Part shown: positions 1-10,159 of the stretch, piece by piece
How the letters are laid out: every line of letters begins with the position of its first letter
Numbering within the stretch: the first letter of the stretch is position 1
Origin: Planctomycetota bacterium
GTDB lineage: Bacteria; Planctomycetota; JAJSAM01; JAJVHW01
Assembly: GCA_024277065.1 (NCBI GenBank)
Contig: JAJRVY010000060.1
Coordinates: 9,486-73,485, forward strand
Reading direction: 5' to 3'
DNA: 64,000 bases
Notes under the pieces: model-generated
The model's input: only the letters and a program-made list of their open reading frames with translations
What the model was told of the DNA's origin: nothing
Databases searched by the model: none
Translations under genes and position numbers: made by a program

Positions 1-1
1 G

Positions 2-274
2 AACGCGTGCTCCTACATGGGCCGCGACTTCATCAACTTCCCGATGAGCAACGAGGCCAAGTCGGCGCAGATCATCGGTTGCGACCGCAACAGTGCCGAC
101 AACAAGACGCCGCACCACCGCGACGGTCTGAACATCCTCTACGACGACGGCGCCGTGCAGTTCAAGGATCGTGAGTTCCTCGGGCTCATGCCCGACGATC
201 CGATCGTGGTCGGGCCGGAATCCGACGTGCCGATCCTGCGGGAGGTCGTCTACGGTCCCCCGCGCCAGGACTAG
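2..274 (+). CDS. Partial (5'-truncated) pilin-like protein with H-X9-DG C-terminal motif
   Basis: The frame is open from the window edge (NACSYMGRD...). It contains H-RDGLNILYD-DG (H-X9-DG), the motif of PVC prepilin-type/DUF1559-like proteins, and ends at TAG 272-274. Confidence 0.65.
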   Translation, partial: NACSYMGRDFINFPMSNEAKSAQIIGCDRNSADNKTPHHRDGLNILYDDGAVQFKDREFLGLMPDDPIVVGPESDVPILREVVYGPPRQD

Positions 275-312
275 GTCTCGCTCGCGAGATTCGAAACCCC
301 ACTCGGGAGACG

Positions 313-921
313 ATGTTCACCATGAAGCGCTATCTCATCGCAGCAGCGGCGGTCGCCGGCCTCGTGGCCGGGGCCGTCTCCGCCATGCCGGCCGCCGATG
401 CGGCGGGTATCCGGCTGCTGAACTTCCAGGCGGGCGAGTTCACGAACGTGATTGCGGGTGGCAGCGCCCACTACTACCTCACGTACACGCTCTCGAACAG
501 TCGGGATGAGGCGAGCAGGCCGAAACTGCGGCTGGAGCTGCGCACCGACACCGACAAGACGTACGGCGATCATTTCGATGCGCGCACGTACGCCGCGGTG
601 GCGAAGGCCGCGCGACGTGAGAGCTACCCGTCGTCGGCCAAGATCCGCAGTGCCGATCTCGCCGCCGGCGCGTCGATCGAGGGGCTTGCGCACTTCGGTC
701 GCATCGACCCGAATGCGGACGCGCTCGAGGTCCGTGTCTACGGTCTGTTCGACCCCGTGTGGCGCGATCGCAAGGGGAACATCTTCTCCGAGCGGCGCGT
801 GCTGGTGCTGCAGTTCAAGCGCCAGGGCGATGAGTACAACCGTCAGGACGACCCGATCGCACTCGTCTCCTCCAGCCAGGAGGTCGAGGGCGAACCGGTG
901 CTGCTCTCCTCGGCGAAGTAG
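313..921 (+). CDS. Secreted hypothetical protein (202 aa)
   Basis: GGGAG RBS upstream, signal-peptide-like N-terminus (MKRYLIAAAAVAGLVAGAVSA...), strong GC3 codon bias. Confidence 0.8.
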   Translation: MFTMKRYLIAAAAVAGLVAGAVSAMPAADAAGIRLLNFQAGEFTNVIAGGSAHYYLTYTLSNSRDEASRPKLRLELRTDTDKTYGDHFDARTYAAVAKAARRESYPSSAKIRSADLAAGASIEGLAHFGRIDPNADALEVRVYGLFDPVWRDRKGNIFSERRVLVLQFKRQGDEYNRQDDPIALVSSSQEVEGEPVLLSSAK

Positions 922-954
922 CTTCGCCGCTGAAAGACACTCGCATGTCCATCG

Positions 955-986
955 GCAGGCCCGGTTCCGCGAGGAGCCGGGCCTGC
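955..986. terminator. Stem-loop between convergent genes (probable terminator)
   Basis: GCAGGCCCGGTTCC-GCGA-GGAGCCGGGCCTGC: 14-bp stem with one G-U pair and a GNRA loop. No strong U-tract. Confidence 0.55.
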
Positions 987-1112
987 ACGATTCACGCCGG
1001 CCGTGTCGCGGCTCCGTGTCCGCCTGACCCAGCGCCCATGACCCCGTGCAGCCCGTGAGCCCGTGAGTCAGAGCAACGGTGCAACAGAGCCCGTGACCCG
1101 CGTTGCTCGCGA

Positions 1113-4100
1113 TCAGCCGCCGCGGCGGCCGTTGCCGCTGCTCGGCGCCAGCTTGCGTGGTTGCCAGCGTACCGCGTCGGCGCCGAGCGCTTCGACGGCG
1201 GCCTCGTGCAGGGCGCGGCTGGGTTCGATGCCCCGGCTCTCGACGCGGTAGACCGCGCGGATACCTGGCGCCGGCGACATCTCGACGAGTACGTGTCCCT
1301 TGCCGGGGAAGCGCGAGAGGAGACTCGCGATCAGCGACAGGGCTTCGCTCTCAGTGCCCGCCTGCGGCCGCAGGACGAGGCGCGACGCCAGTTCCTCGAA
1401 CGCCCGCTCGACGGGCACGAATCGCTCGACCTTGAGGTCGGGCTCCTCGCGCGAGAGATCGACCGTCGCCTCGACGAAGCCGATCGTCTCGTTGATCAGG
1501 AACTCTCCATCGCGCTCGAAGCCGTCGGCGAAGATCACGCAGCCGACGCTCCCCTGGAAGTCCTCGATCTTGAAGCGCGCCATCTTGCGCGTCTTGTTGC
1601 GGCCGGTCTTCGGATACATGGTCTTGACGGCGTTCAGCATGCCCCCGACCAGCACCTTGGCGCCCGACGTCGATGACGCCAGCGCACTCGTCGCATGGGT
1701 TGCGAGAGACGTCAGGATGCGCTCGTACTCCGCCAGCGGATGGCTCGACACGTAGATGCCGAGCGCCTCCTTCTCGTACAGCAGGATCTCCTTCTCGGTC
1801 CACTGGGGCACCGCCGGGAGTGCGGTCTCCGGCGGCGGCTCGGGCGCGCTGCCGCCGTCGCCCCCGAACAGCGACATCTGGCCGGCGCGTCTGTCGTCCT
1901 GGACGGCTGCGGCGGCGCGCAGCGCGCCATCGAGCGCGGCGTAGAACTGCGCACGATGGCCTCCGAGGCTGTCGAGAGCGCCGGCTTTCGTCAGTGCCTC
2001 GAGACTCGCCTTGCCCAGAAGGTGGTGATCGACGGCTTCACAGAGGTCGGGCAGCGCCGCGAACGGCGCGCGGTGCTCCACGCGCGCTGCGACGATGGCG
2101 TCGGCGGCGCCGTGCCCGACGCCCTTGACGGCGGCGAGCCCGAAGCGGATGCGTCCGCGCGCGCCGTCGTCGGGTCCGCCCGGCGACTCTTGCCGCTCGA
2201 CGGAGAAGTCCGATTCGGAACGGTTGACGTCCGGCGGCAGCACATCGATGTGCATGCGCTTGCACTCGTCGATGTAGTTGACGATCTTGTCCGTGTTGCC
2301 CATGTCGCAGGTCATGAGCGCGGCCATGAACTCCCGCGGGTGATTGGCCTTGAGCCAGGCGGTCTGGTAGCTGAGCACGGCGTACGCGGTCGTGTGGCTC
2401 TTGTTGAACGCGTATTTCGCGAACTGTTCCATGACGTTCCAGATCTCGGACGCCAACTCGACGGTCGCGCCCTTCGCGACGCAGCCGTCCACGAACTTCT
2501 GCTCGTACTTGCGCATGACATCGAGCTTCTTCTTGCCCATCGCCTTGCGCAGGCCATCGGCTTCGTTCATCGAGAAACTCGCGAAGCGGTGCGCGATGAG
2601 CATGATCTGCTCCTGGTACACGAACGTGCCGTACGTGTCCTCGAGCAGTGGTTTCAGTTCGGGGTGGAGGTACGTGATCTCCTCTTCGCCGTGCTTGCGG
2701 CGCACGAACTGGTCCACCATCACCGTCTGGAGTGGACCGGGGCGGTAGAGGGCCAGGACGGCAATCAGGTCGTCGAAACGGTCAGGACGCAGCTTCTGTA
2801 GCAGCTCGCGCATTCCGCTGGATTCGAGCTGGAAGACGCCGAGGGCCTCGCCCCGCTGCAGCAACGTCCACGTCGCCTCGTCACCGAAGGCGAGAGTCCC
2901 GGTCTCGGGATCATCCGCCGCCAGGGCGTCCAGATCGACATGGCGCCCGGTGCTGCGCTCGATCAGCTTGACGGCCTTGTCGAGCACCGTGAGCGTCTTG
3001 AGACCGAGGAAATCGACCTTGAGCAGCCCGATGTCCTCGAGGTACTCCATCGTGTACTGCGTCACGATGTCCCGGCCGACCTTGTAGAGCGGCACGTACT
3101 GCCTGAGCGGCCCGTCACCGACGACGACGCCTGCGGCGTGCGTCGAGGCGTGCCGCTTCAGCCCCTCGAGACGCAGCGACACCTCGAAGAGCTCCCGGTA
3201 GCGACCGTCCGCGGCGAGTTCCTGCAGGTCGGGGTCGTCGTCGATGGCGCCCTGGAGGGTGGCCCCCGGACCGTTGGGGATCTTCTTTGCGAGAACATCG
3301 ACCTCGGGCAGCGGCACGTTGAGTGCGCGTCCGACGTCGCGCACGACGGCGCGCGCTGCCATCGTGCCGAACGTGATGATCTGCGACACGCACTCGGGGC
3401 CGCCGTACTTCTCGGTCACGTAGCGGATGACCTCACTGCGACCGTCACGGCAGAAGTCGATGTCGATGTCGGGCATCGACACGCGCTCGCTGTTGAGGAA
3501 GCGCTCGAACAGCAGGTCGTACTGTAGCGGGCAGACGTCGGTGATGCGGAGGGAGTACGCGACGATCGAACCCGCGGCGCTGCCACGCCCGGGCCCGACG
3601 GGCACACCGGCCTCGCGCGCGTAGCGGATGAAGTCCCACGTGATGAGGAAGTACGAGACGAAGCCCATCTTCCGGATGACGTCCATCTCGTAGGCGAGGC
3701 GCTCGAGAGCCTTCGCCGAAGGAGGGTCGCCGTAGCGCTCGCGCAGCCCGCGGTGGCACAGTTCCGCGAAGTACTCGTCGGGCGTCGCTCCGCCCGGGGG
3801 TTGGAACTGCGGCAGGTGGAATTCGCCGAAGGGCAACTCGAGGTTGCAGCGCTCGGCGATCTCGAGCGTCGCCTCGCACGCCTCCGGGACGTCCTTGAAC
3901 AGGTCCCACATGTCACGTGCGGACTTCAGCCAGAAGTCGCTCGAGCGGTGCTTGAGGCGGCGGTCGTCGGCGACGGTCTTGCCGGTGCTGATCGCCATGC
4001 GGATCTCTTGCGCCAAGGCATCGTCGGCGTCGATGTAGTGGACGTCGTTGGTGCACACGACCTCGAGGCCGAGATCGCGAGCCATCTTCAGCAGCGCCGC

Positions 4101-4661
4101 GTTGTTCTCGTCCTGGCCCTCGGTGCCGTTGCGCTGGATCTCGACGAAGTAGTTCTCTCCGAAGACGTCGCGGTACCAGGCGGCGGTCTCGTAGGCGAGG
4201 TCCTCGCGGCCGCTGCGCAGAAGGTAGCTCGTCTCGCCCTTGAAGCAGCCTGACAGGAGCAGCAGCCCCTCGCTCTTCGCGGCCAGGATGTCCTTGTCGA
4301 TGCGGGGGTTGTAGTAGAAGCCATCGACGAACGACGTGGAGCAGAGTTCGACCAGGTTCTGGTAGCCCCGGTAGTTCCGTGCCATCACTGTCAGGTGGAA
4401 CGACGAGACGCCTGTCGTGGGGTCGCGCCGGCGGTCGGTGCGGGGGCCGGGGGCCATGTACATCTCGCAGCCCACGATCGGTTTCACGCCGGCGCTCTTC
4501 GCTTCATTGTAGAAGGCGATGGCGCCGCACATGTTGCCGTGATCGGTGAGCGCGATGCTGGAGTGCTCGCGCTCGGACGCAGCGCGAACGAGATCGCGGA
4601 TCCTCGCGGCGCCGTCGAGGAGGGAGTAGTCACTGTGAACGTGGAGGTGGCAGAAGTCCAT
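1113..4661 (-). CDS. dnaE: DNA polymerase III alpha subunit
   Basis: The true start is MDFCHLHVHSDYSLLDG (PHP domain). Other motifs: GPGRGSAAGS, MPDIDIDF, STHAAGVV, YAFNKSH and a C-terminal OB fold. The upstream extension of the ORF to 5810 is spurious. Confidence 0.97.
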   Translation of the reverse strand: MDFCHLHVHSDYSLLDGAARIRDLVRAASEREHSSIALTDHGNMCGAIAFYNEAKSAGVKPIVGCEMYMAPGPRTDRRRDPTTGVSSFHLTVMARNYRGYQNLVELCSTSFVDGFYYNPRIDKDILAAKSEGLLLLSGCFKGETSYLLRSGREDLAYETAAWYRDVFGENYFVEIQRNGTEGQDENNAALLKMARDLGLEVVCTNDVHYIDADDALAQEIRMAISTGKTVADDRRLKHRSSDFWLKSARDMWDLFKDVPEACEATLEIAERCNLELPFGEFHLPQFQPPGGATPDEYFAELCHRGLRERYGDPPSAKALERLAYEMDVIRKMGFVSYFLITWDFIRYAREAGVPVGPGRGSAAGSIVAYSLRITDVCPLQYDLLFERFLNSERVSMPDIDIDFCRDGRSEVIRYVTEKYGGPECVSQIITFGTMAARAVVRDVGRALNVPLPEVDVLAKKIPNGPGATLQGAIDDDPDLQELAADGRYRELFEVSLRLEGLKRHASTHAAGVVVGDGPLRQYVPLYKVGRDIVTQYTMEYLEDIGLLKVDFLGLKTLTVLDKAVKLIERSTGRHVDLDALAADDPETGTLAFGDEATWTLLQRGEALGVFQLESSGMRELLQKLRPDRFDDLIAVLALYRPGPLQTVMVDQFVRRKHGEEEITYLHPELKPLLEDTYGTFVYQEQIMLIAHRFASFSMNEADGLRKAMGKKKLDVMRKYEQKFVDGCVAKGATVELASEIWNVMEQFAKYAFNKSHTTAYAVLSYQTAWLKANHPREFMAALMTCDMGNTDKIVNYIDECKRMHIDVLPPDVNRSESDFSVERQESPGGPDDGARGRIRFGLAAVKGVGHGAADAIVAARVEHRAPFAALPDLCEAVDHHLLGKASLEALTKAGALDSLGGHRAQFYAALDGALRAAAAVQDDRRAGQMSLFGGDGGSAPEPPPETALPAVPQWTEKEILLYEKEALGIYVSSHPLAEYERILTSLATHATSALASSTSGAKVLVGGMLNAVKTMYPKTGRNKTRKMARFKIEDFQGSVGCVIFADGFERDGEFLINETIGFVEATVDLSREEPDLKVERFVPVERAFEELASRLVLRPQAGTESEALSLIASLLSRFPGKGHVLVEMSPAPGIRAVYRVESRGIEPSRALHEAAVEALGADAVRWQPRKLAPSSGNGRRGG

Positions 4662-4787
4662 GGGGCACACAGCATACGCGCGGGGCACGACGCACGGGCG
4701 GCCTGGACACCCGCCGCCGGCTACGCCGGTGGCCGGAACGTGACGGGTGCCCCGAAAACTCGGGCTCGAGCAGGGAGCGCAGGCATC

Positions 4788-5720
4788 ATGACGCGAATGA
4801 TCAAGGCATCCACCGCACTCGTCATGGCTCTCGCACTGGCCGCGTCGGGCTGCTCCTCGGACGGTGCCTCGAGCGGCGACCCCGATGCGCGATCCGCGTC
4901 GGGCGACGCCCAGACTCAGGTGACGGCGCCGTCGGAGGCCGACGGCACGGCACGGACCTTCGACCCGGCCACGCGCGACTTCATGATGGAGGGGCTGAGG
5001 CAGTTCTCGGGCGGCGACCCGGCGTGGCCGGCGACGCGCAGACGATGGCTGTCGATGGGGCGTCGCGAGTCGGACTTCCTGGTGGGTGCCATGTTCGCCG
5101 CGCTCCTTGCCGCGCAGCGCGTGAACGCTCCCGATCTGGTGCAGCGTGCGCGCCATGAACTCGTTCTCATCGGGGAGCCGTACATCGAGTTCCTGGCGGG
5201 GATACTGGCCACGGGCACCGTCGCCACCATCTACGACCGGATCGAAGAGAAGGAGAAGCCGATTCGCGTGGATGACGACACCCGTCGGGAGGCTGCCGAG
5301 GTGCTGGCGCTGATCGGCGGCCCGGCGGCGGCGGCCACGGCGCGTAGTCTGGATCGCGCCGAGACGAAGAGCGGCAGGCGATTCGCGCTGCAGGCCCTCG
5401 GGAACATGGGCGATCGTGGCGGTCGCGTGGCTGGGGACGCACTCGCGCGGTGGGCGCACGACGACGACTGGGTGCTGCGCGTCGAGGCCGTGCACGGCCT
5501 GCGCAGTTTCTCGGACGCGGCGACTCGCGTGGCTCTCGAGACAGCGTTGCGCGACGACGAGAAACTCGTGCGCGAGAATGCGGTTCGTGGACTGATGGGG
5601 CGACGTGATCGCGCGTCGTTGCCGGCGTTGCGGCGAGCTCTGACGGCGGCGCAGGACAGCGCGCGCCTCGGCGAGGCGCGGCACATCCGATCGGCCATCG
5701 CGCGGATCGAGGCAAGGTGA
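4788..5720 (+). CDS. HEAT-repeat lipoprotein
   Basis: Lipobox-like LAASGC after a hydrophobic stretch; HEAT-like repeats (RREAAEVL, DWVLRVEAVHGL, EKLVRENAVRGL). Confidence 0.75.
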   Translation: MTRMIKASTALVMALALAASGCSSDGASSGDPDARSASGDAQTQVTAPSEADGTARTFDPATRDFMMEGLRQFSGGDPAWPATRRRWLSMGRRESDFLVGAMFAALLAAQRVNAPDLVQRARHELVLIGEPYIEFLAGILATGTVATIYDRIEEKEKPIRVDDDTRREAAEVLALIGGPAAAATARSLDRAETKSGRRFALQALGNMGDRGGRVAGDALARWAHDDDWVLRVEAVHGLRSFSDAATRVALETALRDDEKLVRENAVRGLMGRRDRASLPALRRALTAAQDSARLGEARHIRSAIARIEAR

Positions 5721-6232
5721 CGTCGTCGGCGTGGCGAACGGGGCACCGTGGCGGCACGTGTGCGTCTTGCGAGGTCCCGCTGGAACCTGGCGCGACGGCG
5801 ATCTCGGCACTCTTCGAGTCGGCGAGCCGCGACGATGAGCCGTTTGCGCGCCACGACTTCTGCGCGGCGTGCTTCGACGGCGCGGTCGATGTCGGTTCTC
5901 CGTTCTCCTGGTGGCGGTACGAGGTTGCGCGCCCCGACGAGAAGAAGGCGGCGTTCGATCTGGACATCGCGCGCGAGTTTCTTCTGCGGCTCCTCCAGGA
6001 AGCTGCCCCCGACCGCGCGTCGCTGCGCTACCTCCTCGCTCTGTTGTTGATGCGCAAGCGCATCGTCCGCGTCACGGAGCAGTTCGTCGATGAGCGTGGG
6101 GAGGTGATGTCCGTCCGCCTGCCGCCGGACGAGGCCATCCATGAGTTGGTCTGCCCGGCGATCGACGAGGCCGAGGCCGCGGCCTTGCGCGACCAGATCG
6201 GACGGCTGTTCGATCTCGGTGACGGCTCGTAG
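5717..6232 (+). CDS. Hypothetical protein with two CxxC motifs (putative Zn-binding)
   Basis: GTGA overlap with the upstream gene; CASC and CAAC pairs; LALLLMRKR segment. Confidence 0.75.
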   Translation: MTSSAWRTGHRGGTCASCEVPLEPGATAISALFESASRDDEPFARHDFCAACFDGAVDVGSPFSWWRYEVARPDEKKAAFDLDIAREFLLRLLQEAAPDRASLRYLLALLLMRKRIVRVTEQFVDERGEVMSVRLPPDEAIHELVCPAIDEAEAAALRDQIGRLFDLGDGS

Positions 6233-6468
6233 CCCGCGGGCGGAGATTGTGGCCGGGCGGTTTGTCCGTCCACGCTTGCGTGGTCGCTCGTGGAGCCCGC
6301 CGACGGCGCCCCGCCCGCTCGATGACTCCGCCATGAGCCCGCGTTCGCGGCCCCGCCTTGTCGGCGGGCTCCACGGACGATCTGGCACTGCCGTTGTTCA
6401 TGGGAACACCCTCTGACCGCGGGCCAGGGGGCGCCCCGGTGGCACGCCGCTGAGGTGTCACGGATTCG

Positions 6469-7617
6469 GTGTCCGTGGCGTGTAGTAATCTTGTGTCGTG
6501 GCGGCAGGACTGGAGGGGGAAGGACTGTGAAGTGGCTCCTGCCCCGGCTCCGGCGACCTCGGCCGATGCGCTGCTCTGTGCGCTGACCGATGACGTGCGG
6601 GTCGATCGGGAGACGCGGATGCGTATCGGTTGGCAACTGCTCTCGGCGGAACGTATGGCGCAGGCGTCTCAGGATGGTTGGACCATCTTCGGTGTCACGA
6701 GTTTCGGCCAACTCTGCGAGGAGCGCCTCAATCTGCCCACCGCGGCAGGTTGGCAGATGCGGGCGGCGATGGGCGCGTGCGAGTGTTCGAGCGAGGTTCG
6801 CAAGCGGCTCGAAGATGGTCGCCTGAACGTGGCGAAAGCGGCTGCGGTGGCGCAGGTGCTCGACTACGTGCAGCAGAATGGAGGCGAGGGGGCTCTGCTC
6901 GCTCTGGCCACGCGCTCGACGACGCGGGAGACGCGCGTCGAGGTGTCGCGGCTGAGAGAAGAGGCGCGGACCAAGGAGAGCCCGGTGAAGGTCACGCTGC
7001 ACCTGACACGTCGGGCGATCAGCGATCTGTGGCGCGCTCGGGACCTACTCACCGATGGCCGCGGCGGTCCACGACCGACGGAGAGCTTCGCCGTCGAGAG
7101 AGTCCTCGAGTTCTTCGTCGATCGCAAGTGCCCCGAGCGTAAGGCTGCGCGGGCCGCCGAGAGGGAACGTCGGCGATCGGAACGCGATGCGGGAGCACGG
7201 GATGGGGAGTGCTCGGAGAGCGACGAATCCGCGAAACTGGCTGCGGACATGCCGACGGAGTCGGCCGCAGCCACTCTCGCGGGCGGCGGCGCCTACTGCT
7301 TGCCGAGTGCGCCGGGGAGGGATGACGAGCGCTCGCGGTGGATTGCCGCCCGCGACCGGCACGAAGTCGTGGGGCGCCACGGTGACGTCTGCTGGATGGA
7401 GCACTGTGATGAGCGCGGCGTGCTGCAGTTCACGCACGACCGGGCGTTTCGGTTCGGAGGCAGCAACGAGGCATCGAACCTCGGCCGCTGGTGCCTGCAT
7501 CATCACCGTGGCTTCGACTCCGGCAGGTTGAAACTGAGACAGGGGCGCGACGGTCTGATCGTGGTCGATCGCCGCGGTCAGGTCGTCGGACGTGCGCGCT
7601 CACCACCTCCGCCGTGA
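6469..7617 (+). CDS. DUF222/HNH-endonuclease-like protein (start uncertain)
   Basis: The C-terminal CWMEHC...FTHDRAFRFGGSNEASNLGRWCLHHH resembles an HNH domain. Helical N-terminal region. Codon usage is less GC3-biased than in neighbouring genes. Confidence 0.6.
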   Translation: MSVACSNLVSWRQDWRGKDCEVAPAPAPATSADALLCALTDDVRVDRETRMRIGWQLLSAERMAQASQDGWTIFGVTSFGQLCEERLNLPTAAGWQMRAAMGACECSSEVRKRLEDGRLNVAKAAAVAQVLDYVQQNGGEGALLALATRSTTRETRVEVSRLREEARTKESPVKVTLHLTRRAISDLWRARDLLTDGRGGPRPTESFAVERVLEFFVDRKCPERKAARAAERERRRSERDAGARDGECSESDESAKLAADMPTESAAATLAGGGAYCLPSAPGRDDERSRWIAARDRHEVVGRHGDVCWMEHCDERGVLQFTHDRAFRFGGSNEASNLGRWCLHHHRGFDSGRLKLRQGRDGLIVVDRRGQVVGRARSPPPP

Positions 7618-7789
7618 GGCGCCGTGCGGCCGGCCCGCGCGCACGCTCGAACACGAACACGCGCCGTTGTGTGCGCCGTCGATGCCGGAGGATACGTTCC
7701 GGAAACTCGAGAACCTGGGTCGTGGATGCGCCCCAGGCGTGTGGTGATTCTGCCGTCGGGGCGCGCATCCTCGAGCGGTGCTGCGAACG

Positions 7790-9376
7790 TCAGGGCCGTG
7801 TCAACTCGTATGCGGTCGTCGCAGCGTCGCGGTAGATCCGGGTCGCCCACGGCGCGGCATCGAGTCGGGCGGCGAGACGTTCGCGGCGGGACACTCCCGC
7901 GGGGCCGTCCTCCTCCTGGCTCCAGAGCACGACGAAGCGGGCATCGAAGCGTGCGACGAGCAACTCCCGCAGTGCTGCGCCGCCGACTGCGGCATCAGCC
8001 ACCATGGCGTGCGCGATGGCGCCCTCGGGATCGCGGACGACGCACCACCAAGGGTCCATGCCTCGCACGTACCGCAGGTCGGGTGCAAAGTGGAACAGCG
8101 GCGCGAAGTCGTCCCAACTGAGGTGCCAGACCACATCGCCGCGCTCGGATCGCGTGTGGACGGCGGCGAGGGCGGGCGCCACGTTGCGACCACCGTCATC
8201 TCCCAAGCGATTGATGAGAGGGAGCATCGCCCGGGTGCTCAGTAGCCCGAGTACGAGCGCCAACGTGCCGACGACACGGCGCGACGAGAGCCACCAGGGG
8301 GCGGATGACGTCGAACTCGACACCGCGAGAGCCACTGCAAGCAGCGCGAACACATGCCAGTACTCGAAGAAGCGTCCCGACTGCCACGTGGCGACGAGTC
8401 CCGCGGCCGCCAGAACCGCGCCGGCGACCGCTGCGGCTCGGGGCGGGCGGCGCGAGCGGCGGCGCACGAACTGGATGCCTACGATCGCGACAGCTAGCGA
8501 CGTGGTGGCGAGGGACGGCCAGAGTTCACCGAACATCCCGCGGATACCGGGGCTGCCGAGTTCGTCCGGGAGAGCGAGCCGGAGCACCATGCCGTTGCTG
8601 AGTTGAACGCCGCCACCCGCCGCGGCGACCTCCAGGGAGCCGGCCATCAGACGCCAGACGTGGAGCGTTGCGCCGCTCCAGAGGCCGGGGTGTAGCAGAA
8701 CGCCTGCGACGCCGCCGCCGGCAAGCGCTCCGGCGGCCCGCCAGTCTGGGCGACGCTCAGCGGCGCAGCGCCCTAGCCACGCGCTCCCGGCCACGAGTGC
8801 GACAGGAGCGGGCACTTGGTAGAGGAGCAGCGACAGCGCCACGGCCCCCGCCGCGAGGACGCGTCGTCTCGCGAGCACCGCATGGAAGACAACGAGGAGC
8901 GAGACAACGACGAGCGGTGTCGGGCGGCCGAAATGGAGGCGGAACAGCCACTGCGGGGAGGCCGCGAGGAGGAGCGCTGTCCAGGCGACGGGCGCGCGCA
9001 CGTGTCGGGCTCGCAGTACCGCGAAGAACGTCGCGGTCAGGAGTGCCGCCTGGAAAGCCGCGAACGTCTTCATTCCGGGCACGGGGCCAAGCATCGAGGC
9101 GAACGGGGCCAACAGCCAATGCCAGAGCAGACTCCAGTCCATCGGGCGCTCCGCGAAGGCGCTCTGCGTGATCCAGGGGAAGACGCTCCCGTCCCATGCC
9201 GCGTTGCCGGCGGCGAGCAATGCAGCGTAGCGGCTGTGGAACCACGCGTCGCGATCCGCGAAGCCAGGCATGGCGAGTTGAATAGCCCCGTGGAGAAGCA
9301 GCGCCACGGCGAACACCACCAGCACAGTAGAGGAGCGCGGACTCGACACACGCGCGCGCGTGCGATCTTGTGCCAT
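7790..9376 (-). CDS. Polytopic membrane protein, GT-C (ArnT/PMT-like) glycosyltransferase-like
   Basis: About 11-12 hydrophobic segments, a DRDAWFH loop after TM1 and a soluble C-terminal domain. The family call is inferred. Confidence 0.55.
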   Translation of the reverse strand: MAQDRTRARVSSPRSSTVLVVFAVALLLHGAIQLAMPGFADRDAWFHSRYAALLAAGNAAWDGSVFPWITQSAFAERPMDWSLLWHWLLAPFASMLGPVPGMKTFAAFQAALLTATFFAVLRARHVRAPVAWTALLLAASPQWLFRLHFGRPTPLVVVSLLVVFHAVLARRRVLAAGAVALSLLLYQVPAPVALVAGSAWLGRCAAERRPDWRAAGALAGGGVAGVLLHPGLWSGATLHVWRLMAGSLEVAAAGGGVQLSNGMVLRLALPDELGSPGIRGMFGELWPSLATTSLAVAIVGIQFVRRRSRRPPRAAAVAGAVLAAAGLVATWQSGRFFEYWHVFALLAVALAVSSSTSSAPWWLSSRRVVGTLALVLGLLSTRAMLPLINRLGDDGGRNVAPALAAVHTRSERGDVVWHLSWDDFAPLFHFAPDLRYVRGMDPWWCVVRDPEGAIAHAMVADAAVGGAALRELLVARFDARFVVLWSQEEDGPAGVSRRERLAARLDAAPWATRIYRDAATTAYELTRP

Positions 9377-9592
9377 GGGCCTTCGCCCCCGTTCCAGGCC
9401 AGCGCGCACGCGTGAACTGGCGCGCTAGCGGCCAGCCTCGTGGTGGGCGATGCGGCCGGCTGGCTCGGGACTCGCGAGCCGCCAGTTCGAAGATCTCACG
9501 TTTTTCAATCTCCGTAACTTATGGAGCGAAAAGTGCTTACGCGGTTTCCTTGGATCTCCCGCGCGAGTGCTGTGTTGATCGATCAGCGCTGA

Positions 9593-9627
9593 GTGGGTAG
9601 AAGTGGGGGAATGTGGGAGCGAGTGGG
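9593..9627 (+). promoter_or_regulatory. MraZ-binding direct repeats (4 x GTGGG, 10-bp period)
   Basis: GTGGG occurs at 9593, 9603, 9613 and 9623, directly upstream of mraZ, matching the known GTGG/TGGG 10-bp-phased MraZ operator architecture. Confidence 0.85.
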
Positions 9628-9702
9628 ATGGCTCGCTCTCGCGCGCGACGGCATCGGGTGTTTCGACTGGGTGGGTTCGATCGTCGAAGGAGGGCTCTTC
9701 GG

Positions 9703-10158
9703 GTGTTTGTCGGCAGGCACGTTCGTAATCTGGATCGGAAGAGCCGCTTGGCGATCCCGGCCGAGTACGTGAATCGCCTGCAGCCCGATGATCGCGGGGA
9801 GTTGTACGTGACGCCGGGCAAGCAGGGTTGCATCTGGCTCGTCCCCAAGTCCTATTGGGCAACGGAGTTCGAGCGACTCGCAGCAGCCTACGACTCCGTC
9901 GTGCCGGGCGAATTCTACCACCACTGCCGCCTGCGCCCGGTCGACAAGGCCGGACGCGTCTTGCTCGACGAGGAGACGCGCGAACTCGCCGGACTGCCGG
10001 ACCCCGGCACCGTCGAGGTGGTTGCCGTCATGGTCTGTGGCTCCGGCCGCTACCTGCAGGTCTGGGACAAGGCTACGTACCAGGAACTCGCACGCTCGCC
10101 GCGCGACTTCGCCCGACGTCTCCCCGTAGGCGTTCGGAGCCCGGAGGTGGTGGAGTAG
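9703..10158 (+). CDS. mraZ: Transcriptional regulator MraZ
   Basis: GTG start after AGGAGG; two SpoVT-AbrB repeats (LDRKSRLAIP, VDKAGRVLL); first gene of the dcw cluster. Confidence 0.9.
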   Translation: MFVGRHVRNLDRKSRLAIPAEYVNRLQPDDRGELYVTPGKQGCIWLVPKSYWATEFERLAAAYDSVVPGEFYHHCRLRPVDKAGRVLLDEETRELAGLPDPGTVEVVAVMVCGSGRYLQVWDKATYQELARSPRDFARRLPVGVRSPEVVE

Positions 10159-10159
10159 C

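Noticed and set aside
1043-1095. Short AGCCCGTG repeats between convergent genes
   Set aside because: Too short and irregular for CRISPR or iterons; no cas or rep gene.
4662-5810. N-terminal 380-aa extension of the dnaE ORF
   Set aside because: It is antisense to the HEAT lipoprotein gene, and DnaE homology starts at MDFCHLH (4661). No intein or extra domain seen.
6383-6398. Sigma-54-like site TGGCAC-TGCCG-TTGTT upstream of the HNH-like gene
   Set aside because: The invariant -12 GC is missing (GT); a chance match is plausible.
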